A stretch of 64,000 nt of DNA. Origin: the human T2T-CHM13v2.0 reference genome, Homo sapiens. The position numbers and the translations under genes were made by a program. The notes beneath the pieces were generated by a model. That model was not told the origin of the DNA and made no database searches. It saw nothing but the letters and a program-made list of their open reading frames with translations. Within the stretch, counting starts at the first letter, position 1, and every line of letters starts with the position of its first letter. The DNA lies in NCBI RefSeq assembly GCF_009914755.1, contig NC_060933.1; one strand, 5' to 3'. Positions 47,930 through 61,302 of this stretch are shown here, piece by piece.

Positions 47930-48235
47930 AACAATTTTTTAGAGCAGTTTTAGGTTCACAGCAAAATTGAGAGGAAGGTACGGAGATTTTTTTTATATAC
48001 TCCCTGCCCCAACACATGCAGAGCCTCTCCCACATTACCAGCATCCCCATCAGAGTGGTGCATTTGCTAGCATCGATGAACTTACATTGATGCATCATTG
48101 TCATCCAGAGTCCGTAGTTTGCATAGGGGTTTGCTCTTGTTGATGTACTTTTTAATGGGTTTGGACAAATGTGTAATAGCTTGTGTCCATTATAGTATTC
48201 ACAGCATTGCCACTGTCCTAAAAATTCTCTGTGGG
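47930..48235 (-). mobile_element. L1MC-like 3' end fragment
   Basis: ttttagagcagttttaggttcacagcaaaattgag... Confidence 0.75.
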
Positions 48236-48338
48236 ATTATTTAAATTTAAGATAACATTTTAAACATTTTAGAGTTTTTTGCAAATTTTTATTTTATTTT
48301 AAATTTTTGTTTATTTAATTAATTTTTTTTTTTTTTGA

Positions 48339-48443
<105 letters not shown>

Positions 48444-48974
48444 TGAATAGCTGGGATTACAGGCATGCACCACCAAACCTGGCTAATTTTTGTATTTTAA
48501 ATTAGCCACTCCCACTAATTTTTATATTTTTGGTAGAGACAGGGTTTCACCATGTTGGCCAGGTTGGTCTTGAACTCCTGACCTCAGGTGCTCCGCCTGC
48601 CTCGGCCTCCCAAAATGCTGGGATTACAGGCATGAGCCACCAGGACTGGCCATTTATTTAGAGGCAGGGTCTCATTCTGTCTCCCAGGCTGGAGTGTAGT
48701 GGCTCCATCATGGCTCACTGCATCCTTCAACTCCTAGGCTCAAACAATTCTCCCACCTCAGCCTCCCGAGCAGTTAGGACTACAGGTGCACGCTATCATG
48801 CCTGGCTAATTTTTAAAATTTTTCTTTCTGTGGAGACAGGGTCTCTTTTTGTTGCCCAGGCTGGTCTTGAACTCCTGGCTTCCAGCAGTCAGGAGTTGAA
48901 CTCCTGCTTCAGCTCCCAAAGTGCTGGGATTACAGGTGTGAGCCTACACACTAAGCCCTTTTTTTTTTTTTTAA

Positions 48975-49259
<285 letters not shown>

Positions 49260-49475
49260 TAGCTGGGACTACAGGCGCATGCAACCATGCCTGGCTAATT
49301 TTTGTATTTTTAGTAGAGACAGGGTTTTGCCACGTTGGCCAGGCTGGTCTTATCTTTGGAGTTTTCTAATGTTGTAAAGAAGGAAATACTTTATTCAAAT
49401 AAGCAATAAAAGCGTTTTATACAAATTGGATTGAGACTTTATTTTTGAAAGAGTCTGGCCACTTAAGTGAAATGA

Positions 49476-49902
<427 letters not shown>

Positions 49903-49987
49903 TGAGCCACTGCGCCCGGCCAAAACTCCTTAAACTGAAGCAGTAGAGGCAGAAATGAAAGAAAACGCTTAAGATTAATGAGACTGA

Positions 49988-50257
<270 letters not shown>

Positions 50258-51172
50258 TGATCTGCCCGCCTCAGCCTCCCAAAGTGCTGCGATTACAGGG
50301 GTGAGCCACCATGCCCGGCCAGGGACTGATGGCTTTGATAGCCTATTTTAGATAGTGTCTCAATTTTGTTTATCTCAGGGATAGTCTTTGCTTATATGTC
50401 AAGTATAGCAGTTTAATTGGTCAGATAGAAACTTTCTGTGGATAGTATTTTAATAAAGCAATTATGAAAACAAAGTACGTAGGAAGTAACCTACTTGTCT
50501 ACCTTTGACTAGAAAGGAAATTTAGAAAACATCTAGAGCCAGGAAACATGTAAATACAGGGGTTAAAGTTACAAATAAATTTTATAACAGCATATTAAAA
50601 AACAAAAACATTTGATTGGTTTACATCTGTGTCTCCCTTGTGAAAATCTAATCTTTAAGGACAAACACTGCATTTTATCCATTTCTGTATAGTACAGTAC
50701 CTGGCTTTATAGTTAATGGTCAATAAACCATTGCTGAATGAATAAATGATGGTTAAATTTGAAGCTGTATTTTAAAATACTAGGTAAGTGATCTGAACCC
50801 ACCTGTAGACACCAGAGAATAAAACTGTTGATGTTCAATGTACATTTTTGTTCTGTGATATTTTAAAAATATATCTGAATTTTTTTTCTTTTTGAGACAG
50901 GGTCTCGCTTTTTAGCCCAGGCTAGAATGCAGTGGTGCCATCTTGGCTCACTGCTGCCTTGACCTCCTGGGCTCAGCAATTCTTCCACTTCAGTCCCCAA
51001 GTACCTTGGACTACAGGCACGTGCCACCACTCCTGGCTCATTTTAAATATTTTTATACAGATGGGGATCTCGCTGTGTTGCCTAGGCTGGTCTCAAACTC
51101 CTGGGCTCAAGTGATCTTCTCACCTTGGCCTTCCAAAGTGCTGGGATTACAGGCATGAGGCAGCATGCCTGA

Positions 51173-51409
<237 letters not shown>

Positions 51410-51499
51410 TGATCCACCCGCCTCGGCCTCCCAAAGTGCTAGGATTACAGATGTGAGCCACCGCGCCCGGTGACCTCTGAATTTTTAAGGTGATTAAAA

Positions 51500-52130
51500 A
51501 TTCAAATGTAGTTTAACGACTTAAGATGTAATTCATATACCAGGTAATTCATTTGTCTCAAGTGTACAATTCAGTGTTTTTTAGTAAATTCACAGGGTTG
51601 TACCACAGTCACAAGAATCTGGTTTTGGAACATTTCAGTCACTCTCCATGTACTCTTCACTCCAGCCCTAGGCAGACACTAATAGATTTTCTGTCTCTAC
51701 AGAGGTGTCTATTCTGGAAATTTTATATAACTGGAATGATAAGATGTGTAACCTTTTGTGTCTTACTTCTCTTACTTAGCCTGATGTTTCTAAGTTTATC
51801 CATGTTGTAACATGTATTTTTAATTATTATTGTTCCTTTATATTAGTAATATTTCATCATATGGATATATACCACATTATTTTTCTGTTTATCAGCTGAT
51901 GAACATCTGGGTTGCTTATGGGTTTTGGCTATTATGAGTAATGTTGCTGTGAACTTGTGTGCAAGAGTTTTTGAATGAATGTATGTTTCATTCTCTTGGG
52001 TATATACCAAGTAGTGGTGTTACTGAGTTTTATGTTAACTCTGTCCTTAACGTTTTGAGGAACTGCCACACTTTTCCAAAGAGGCTGCACTATTTTACAT
52101 TCCTACCGACAGTCTATGAGGGTTCCAGAA
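51500..52130 (-). mobile_element. Old L1M 3' fragment
   Basis: gtgtacaattcagtgttttttagtaaattcacag...tttcattctcttgggtatatacc...gttttgaggaactgcca. Confidence 0.75.
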
Positions 52131-52281
52131 AATTGAAACTAAGTTTTTTTAAGTTACAAGGGAAGATGCCTTTATCCTAGCAAGCTACAGGTAATTAAAA
52201 CCCTGCGAGAGTCTCTCATGACAAGTTTAGATTATGAAGGATTCTTTAGGTTTGCATTTTATTATCAATAGATACATGTTA

Positions 52282-52571
<290 letters not shown>

Positions 52572-52881
52572 TTATATATGTGTATATATTGAATATAATA
52601 TGTATATATATATTCAGTCTTTGAAAACGTTCCTTTCTTACTTGTCACAGAGTTTATATTGAAAGGAACAGTATTTGTGGAAGTAAAGCAATTCATAAAG
52701 GGACCTGGAGAGAGTTTTTCTTTGCTGTAGCTGTATTATTGGTTGGTAGAAATATTGGTATCTATAGGAAGGGCTAAAGTAACATTTTGGACTTTGGGTG
52801 ACATGTGTTTCCTGAAAACGAGGGAGCAAGAATTCTGTTGCCCTAAAACTTGGCAGGAATAGTTTTAATCTGTGAGTTTCT

Positions 52882-53357
52882 TTTTTTTTCTATTATTATA
52901 CTTTAAGTTTTAGGGTACATGTGCACAACGTGCAGGTTTGTTACATATGTATACATGTGCCATGTTGGTGTGCTGCACCCATTAACTCATCATTTAACAT
53001 TAGGTATATCTCCTAATGCTATCCCTCCCCCCTCCCCCCACCCCACAACAGGCCCTGGTGTGTGATGTTCCCCTTCCTGTGTCCATGTGTTCTCATTGTT
53101 CAATTCCCACCTATGAGTGAGAACATGTGGTGGTTGGTTTTTTGTCCTTGCGATAGTTTGCTGAGAATGATGGTTTCCAGTTTCATCCATGTCCCTACAA
53201 AGGACATGAACTCATCCTTTTTTATGGCTGCATAGTATTCCATGGTGTATATGTGCCACATTTTCTTAATCCAGTCTATTATTGTTGTACATTTGGGTTG
53301 GTTTCAAGTCTTTGCTATTGTGAATAGTGCCGCTATAAACATACGTGTGCATGTGCC
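52882..53357 (-). mobile_element. 5'-truncated primate L1 (L1PA4-like 3' end)
   Basis: Typical L1PA 3'UTR (tactttaagttttagggtacatgtgcacaacgtgcagg...). 19-bp direct repeat TTTTAATCTGTGAGTTTCT at 52863-52881 and 53358-53376. Confidence 0.93.
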
Positions 53358-53783
53358 TTTTAATCTGTGAGTTTCTAAAATTGGAAAACCACTGTCACTC
53401 TTCTGGGGAGTGAAAGAGAAAACCCGAGAGTTGGTGAAAATGGACAGCTGTCCTTCATGTGGCCAGTGGGAAGAGGGCAGTTCACAAAGACTTTCAGACC
53501 TGGTTGTAGCATTGGGGAACTTTTACAGGTGGTGACACTAGGTATTGTCCTTGTATTGTGCTGCCTTACGCTTGCTGCCATAGGGAACTTTTGGAAGGTC
53601 ACAAAGGTCATCTGTGTCATCAGTGTCACTTGCTTACTCAGCAGCATCCCCCTGGAGTTCTTTGACTCACATATTCCTAGTTACTTGGTGGTTTGAGGAT
53701 CCTGTCCTGTTGATCACCCCTCAGGTACCTACTTACTTTTGGAGTCTTGTGAATGCCTTTTTGTCCTCTTTTTATATTAATTA

Positions 53784-53984
<201 letters not shown>

Positions 53985-53987
53985 TTA

Positions 53988-54107
<120 letters not shown>

Positions 54108-55426
54108 TCAAAAAAAAATATATATATATATATATATTTATCATTGTAACCATTTTTAAGCATAGAGTTCAGTGGTATTAGGTACATTCACCATAATGTG
54201 CAACTGTCACCACCATCCATCTCCAGAACTTCCCAGACAGAAACTCTGTACCCATTAAACGATTATTTCCCATTTACCCCTCTCATGAACTAACTTATGA
54301 CTGAGGCCAGTCTCTTATGCAAGCCCAGCTTTCTTGAAAGTTCCCTGGCTTCTGAAATCACCTGTAGACTCACATGAGTTAAGATGATTCCTTTGATCTC
54401 TGCCAGCATCCTTTCTTGGCTCTCTTAACTCCCAAATGTTTCCTGTATTGCTGACTTCTTCCTTTGTTTTAAGTGCTGCTCTAACCTGTGCCTCTTGGGT
54501 AATAGGGGGCTCCAAAGTCTGTAAAATAACTGAGGTTTATAGGGAACGGATGCAGGGGACTGTATACTAACACCTTATGCAGTACACTGTAAATTCTGTC
54601 TGATGATCTGGACTCTGAGCCTAGGAGTGCCCTTAGTTGTACCATGAAGCAGAGGAAGTGGAGTAGGGGTGCCTGTGGGTCCCCTGGGGCTCTCAGTGCT
54701 CTCTCACGGAGTCTTGACTTGTCACGGTCCCTTTTGCGGTTGTCAAAAGCAGCTATGCAAATGTATATGTGCATTTCTGTTTCAGCCTGAAGGTGTCTTC
54801 ACTTTCCAAATGATAAAAAAATCCAATTCGGTGTTTTTGAGTCTCCTATGAAAATTCACATAAATATTGATTACTGTTGTTGAAACAAATTACACTTCAA
54901 ACCAAGTTTATGCCAGTCTCTAAAAGGTCTGCAGGCAGACTTCATAGTTGCTAATCTGGTCTCATTGTACAATACCACTGAACATGCTTTCCAGAAAAAA
55001 ATGTATAAGAAACTCTTAAAGTAGACTATAAATAGCTGGCAAGTTGTGAAAAGAAAATAATCAATTCAGTATTACAGTAATAGCAGATTTTCTGATGTTT
55101 ATTGGCAGTAAGGGTTCTTAGATACTGCTTCAGCCATCCATTGCCATTCAACATGTAGTAACAGATGACTTTCAATGTTGATTTCAGAACTTATAAAAAT
55201 TGCCGTTAACTACCCGTTAACTCTAGTCCTGAGGTTTTAGGGTTTATCTAAAATATGGGGTAGGGCACGGTGGCTCACGCCTGTAATCCCAGCACTTTGG
55301 GAGGCCGAGGTGGGTGGATCACTTGAGGTCAGGAGTTCAAGACCAGCCTGGCCAACATGGTGAAGCCCCATCTCTACTAAAAATACAAAAATTAGCCGGG
55401 CATGGTGGCGCATGCCTGTAGTCCTA

Positions 55427-55594
<168 letters not shown>

Positions 55595-55732
55595 TCAGTG
55601 AAGCAGATTGGATTTATCAAATGGCAATAAATGTTTGCTGAATTGAATTGAATTCATCTCTGCTGGAGAGTTTGCTGTCTGAGCAAGATTTCCTCCCTCA
55701 CTCTTCTTACTCTGTTTTTTCATTTTACTTCT

Positions 55733-57990
55733 TTATTCGTTCAACAAATGTTCATTCTATGGCTGCATTGAGCCAGATCCTATTCTAGGTGCAGGATATA
55801 TAGCAGTGCATATATCTCTCACATGGATCTTATATCTCTTGGGGGCTGCCAGGGAAGACAGTTGATAAACAAGTACATCAATAAATAAGATATTTGCAGT
55901 AAGTGGTAAGTGCTGTAAAGAAAAACAAAGTGATATGATGGATGTGACCAAGGGGACACGGGCTGTTTTAAATAGGGTGGTCAAAGAAGGGAGGCCTCTC
56001 TAAGGAAGTTAAGTCAGAGCTAGTCCCAAATGACAGTGAGCCATTCTCATCAAGATCTGGGGAAAGAGCATTTGAGGAGGAAGGAGCAGCAAGGTGAGAC
56101 TGTGCTGAGGCAGGCAGCTGTGAGCCTGAGTGCTTTGAGCACAGGGTGACACCAGTGGGGTTGTGTCATGGGCTCATAGCAGAAGGGCGCACAGCTGCCT
56201 GTGTATACCACGGAAAGGGTTGGGAGTTTAGCATGAATGCAGTGGACAGCCATTAACTATTAAAGCAGTGAATGGTGTGATCTAATTTACTTTCTTTTTT
56301 TTTTTTTTTTTTAGTATTTATTGATCATTCTTGGGTGTTTCTCGGAGAGGAGGATTTGGCAGGGTCATAGGACAATAGTGGAGGGAAGGTCAGCAGATAA
56401 ACATGTGAACAAAGGTCTCTGGTTTTCCTAGGCAGAGGGCCCTGCCGCCTTCCGTCTTCTGCAGTGTTTGTGTCCCTGGGTAGTTGAGATTAGGGAGTGG
56501 TGATGACTCTTAACGAGCATGCTGCCTTCAAGTATCTGTTTAACAAAGCACAGTTTGCACCGCCCTTAATCCATTTAACCCTTAGTGGACACAGCACATG
56601 TTTCAGAGAGCACGGGGTTGGGGGTAAGGTTATAGATTAACAGCATCCCAAGGCAGAAGAATTTTTCCTAGTACAGAACAAAATGGAGTCTCCTATGTCT
56701 GCTTCTTTCTACACAGACACAATAACAATCTGATCTTTCTTTTCCCCACATTTTCCCCTTTTCTATTCGACAAAACCGCCATTGTCATCATGGCCTGTTC
56801 TCAATGAGCTGTTGGGTACACCTCCCAGACGGGGTGGCGGCCGGGCAGAGGGGCTCCTCACTTCCCAGACGGGGCAGCGGCCGGGCAGAGGGGCTCCTCA
56901 CTTCCCAGACGGGGAAGCCGGGCAGAGGGGCCCCCCACCTCCCAGACGGGGCGGCTGGCCGGGCAGGGGCTGCCCCCCACCTCCTGGACGGGGCGGCTGC
57001 TGGGCGGAGATGCTCCCCACTTCCCAGACGGGGCGGCTGCCGGGCGGGGGGGGCTCCTTCAGACGGGGCGGCCGGTCAGAGACGCTCCTCACCTCCCAGA
57101 CGGGGTCGCGGCCGGGCAGAGGCACTCTTCACATCCCAGACGGGGCGGCGGGGCAGAGGCGCTCCCAACATCCCAGATGATGGGCGGCCGGGCAGAGACG
57201 CTCCTCACTTCCTAGACGGGATGACGGCCGGGAAGAGGTGCTCCTCACTTCCCAGACTGGGCGGCCGGGCGGAGGGGCTCCTCACATCCCAGACGATGGG
57301 CGGCCAGGCAGAGACGCTCCTCACTTCCTAGACGGGGTGGCGGCTGGGCAGAGGCTGCAATCTCAGCACTTTGGGAGGCCAAGGCAGGCGGCTGGGAGGT
57401 GGAGGTTGTAGCGAGCCGAGATCACGCCACTGCACTCCAGCCTGGGCAACACTGAGCACTGAGTGAGCGAGACTCCGTCTGCAATCCCGGCAGCTCGGGA
57501 GGCCGAGGCTGGCAGACCACTCGCGGTCAGGAGCTGGAGACCAGCCCCGCCAACACGGCGAAACCCCGTCTCCACCGAAAAATAGGAAAACCAGTCAGGT
57601 GTGGCGGCGCGCGCCTGCAATCCCAGGCACTCGGCAGGCTGAGGCGGGAGAATCAGGCAGGGAGGCTGCAGTGAGCCGAGATGGTGGCAGCACAGTCCAG
57701 CCTCGGCATCAGAGGGAGACGGTGCAAAGGGGAGACGAGGACCGTGCAATGGGGAGGGGGAGGGGGAGGGGGAGGGAGATTGAGATTTACTTTCTTAAAA
57801 TATCTCTGCTCTTGTGTGGTGGTGTTTGAAGGGAACTGGGTGAGAGATTGATGGGAAGGTCGTGCTGTTGTCCAGGTGAAAGGGAGAGCTGCTTAGGCTG
57901 GGGTGGTGGCAGTAGAGATGGAAAGAAAGGCTGGGACGGGAAGTCTATACTGGGGGTACGTTGAAGTGTAGTTTTGGTGGGTGTTGTCAA
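55733..57990 (-). mobile_element. L2 remnant split by the SVA insertion
   Basis: ttattcgttcaacaaat...ttctaggtgcaggatatatagcagtg before the SVA. Degenerate L2 text continues after the second TSD. Confidence 0.6.
56297..57784 (-). mobile_element. Full-length SVA retrotransposon (older, SVA_A/B-like), antisense in DMRT1 intron 2
   Basis: On the + strand: poly-T, tttatt (AATAAA on -) at 56317-56322, SINE-R, GC-rich VNTR (~56820-57345), Alu-like segment, G-rich hexamer head (57751-57777). TSD ATTTACTTTCTT at 56285-56296 and 57785-57796, followed by aaaa (L1 endonuclease-type site). Subfamily judged from variants such as aaacatgtgaac and ggttatagattaac. Confidence 0.95.
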
Positions 57991-58077
57991 TGGTATTCCC
58001 TTCTGAGAGTGGCTGCTACAGCGCAGCCAGCACTAGGTGGTTGGGGTTTTCCTAGTTAGGTGAGGTTATGTACATCA

Positions 58078-59010
58078 GCGTGGTCAGGTGAATAACGGCC
58101 TCCCAAAAGATGCCTGTGCCCTAATCCCTGCAACCTGTGAAGTTGGTACCTTACATGGCAGAAGGGACTTTGCAAATGTGATTGAGTCAAGAGTCTTGAG
58201 ATGAGTGAGATGATCCTGGATTTTCCGGATGGGCACAATCTAATGGCATGAATCCTTAAAAGTGGAGAGCTCCCTGGGTGTGGTAGCTCATGCCTCTCAT
58301 CCCAGCATTCTGGGAGGCTGAGGCTGAAGGATTGCTTAAGCTCAGGAGTTTGGGACCAGCCTGGGCAACAGCGAGATCAGGTCTCTACAAAAAAAAAAAA
58401 AAAAAAAAAAAATTAGCCAGGTGTGGGGGTGGCTGCTTTTAGTCCCAGCTGCTTGCGAGGCTGAGGTGGGAGGATTGCCTGACCCCAGGATTTCAAGGCT
58501 GCAGTGAACAGTGATCATGCCACTGCATTTCAGCCTGGGTGACAGAGTGAGGCCACGTCTCTTAAAAAAAAAAAAAAAAAAGGGCAGGGGAAGTGTGGAC
58601 AGAACCTTTCCTGGCTGCAACTAGAGATGCCATGACAGAAGACACAGGAGAGTTTCCAGGCTTGACAGAGACTTGACCTGCTATTGCTGGCTTTGAAGGT
58701 GGAGGAAGGGAACCCCTCAGCCAAAGAATATGGGAGGCCTCTACAGGCTAGCAACAGCCCTCAGCTGACAGCCAGCAAGGAATGGGACCTAGTCCTACTA
58801 ACACACAGGGAGCTGAATTCTGCCAACTAACTGATTGAGCAAAGAAACAGTCCCTGCTAGAGGCTCCAGAAAGAAATGCAGCCCCACAGACACCTTGACA
58901 GAGACTGGCGTCAGATTTCGGACCCACAGAACTCTAAGATAGTCAATTTGTGTCATTTACGCCACTAAATTTCTGGTGATTTGTTAACACAGTGAAAGAT
59001 GACTAATGCA
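58078..59010 (+). mobile_element. MaLR LTR (MLT1D/E-like) interrupted by an AluJ
   Basis: gaataacggcctcccaaaagatg...ttacatggcagaagggactttgca...gctggctttgaaggtggagg...ccactaaatttctggtgatttgtt. Confidence 0.8.
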
Positions 59011-59343
59011 ACTGGTATAGTTTATAATCTAGATTTCCCTTGTTAGTGGGGTTGAACATCGTTCCGTATGTTTAAAGGCCATTTGTATTTTATTCTCTGA
59101 ACCATCTATGTCCTTTGCCCATTTCTCTATTGATCCCGGCCAACATCAAGAATTTCCTTATTTATTGTGGAGATTGGCCCTTTTTGATATGAGGTGCAAG
59201 TTTCCCCCGACTATTTGGTATTTTAAACCAGGAAACTATATGAGACTGGCGGGGGACAGACTGCGGGGTGATAAGAGTCCCAGGACTGAGTCCTCGTCAC
59301 TGCACTCTTTGGAGGACAAGCAGAGGAGCAGAGAAGCCTGTAA

Positions 59344-59574
<231 letters not shown>

Positions 59575-59719
59575 TAGCTGGGATTAAAGGTGTCTGCCAC
59601 CACGTTTGGCTAATTTTCATATTTTTAGTTTCACCATGATGACCAGGCTGGTCTTGAACTCCTGACCTCAGGTTATCTGCCCGCCTTGTCCTCCCAAAGT
59701 GCTGAGATTACAGGCGTGA

Positions 59720-59950
<231 letters not shown>

Positions 59951-61098
59951 TAGCCAGGATGGTCTCCATCTCCTAACCTTGCGATCCGCCCACCTTGGCC
60001 TCCCAAAGTGCTGGGATTACAGGCGTGAGCCACCGTGCCCGCCAGCCAGTATTCTTTTAACTTCTATTCCTCAGTTCAATTTTAGCTATGAGTAGGTCTC
60101 AAGTTTTAAGCCAAAAGCTTCAATGACTAAACCATTTCATAGTTATGGTTTGGAAGTTTTACAGTTCCATTCATTATATAATAAACTGTGGTATGGCCGT
60201 GATGCAGGAATGGGGAGATATACTGTCCAGTCACATATTCTGGTTTCTAGAGGCTAATCTTATTCTTACCAGTGTGGTCAGTGAGCATGGAATTAGAATG
60301 CACGTTACCTTCAGCTATCTCAGAGTCATTTTACTGTTTGCGTTGATGTGGAATGAGCATTGTCATTATTCCTGCATGACGTTTCCAGGTTTTCCCTGAG
60401 AGAATGGTATATGGCTTGATCAAAGTTCTCGAATATTGAAGACACCTGGGAAAAGAGATTTGTTGTTATCTTGATAACTTTATACCTGGAAAGGACTCTC
60501 AGTGAAAGAACCTAAGATCTGGAGTCAAAAGACCTGGCTCAGTTTCTCACCACCTCTCTGATTTTCAGCAGTTCATTTAACTTTGTCTGTTTGTTCATTT
60601 GTGAAATGAATAAAATAATAATATCTATCTAGGATATCTTGTAGAATTGTTAGAGTGCTCATTTTTTTCTTAAGATATGTATGGTACTTAATTTTTCATA
60701 AATATATATGATATATATGAAATATAAGGTATTTATGAAAAATACCTTTGTACACTGTGATGAAGTACATGAACAAGTCATAGAGCTCACATTTCAGATA
60801 TTAATAGGAGGAGCAGATGAATGAGCCCGGATATGATTTATCCTGTAGCAATAAACAAGTTTTTGCAAAAATGAAGCTACCTGAACAGATACAACAAGAA
60901 TTACAGCTTTGGGTGAGGATTACATAACCCATCACATTTCCCTACACCCCCAGTTGCCAGGAATCTCAGAGACACATCTTAATGCTCAAACATTGTAGAT
61001 GTATTAAACCGTCCCATTAGAATATAAATATTTCCCCTTCTTTTCATGACCTTCTTTTTCTGTTTTGTTGACTTCGCTGATAGATGCCTTCAGTATTA

Positions 61099-61302
<204 letters not shown>

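Noticed and set aside
56782-57829. Several 75-175 aa ORFs
   Set aside because: Read-through of the SVA VNTR and Alu-like region.
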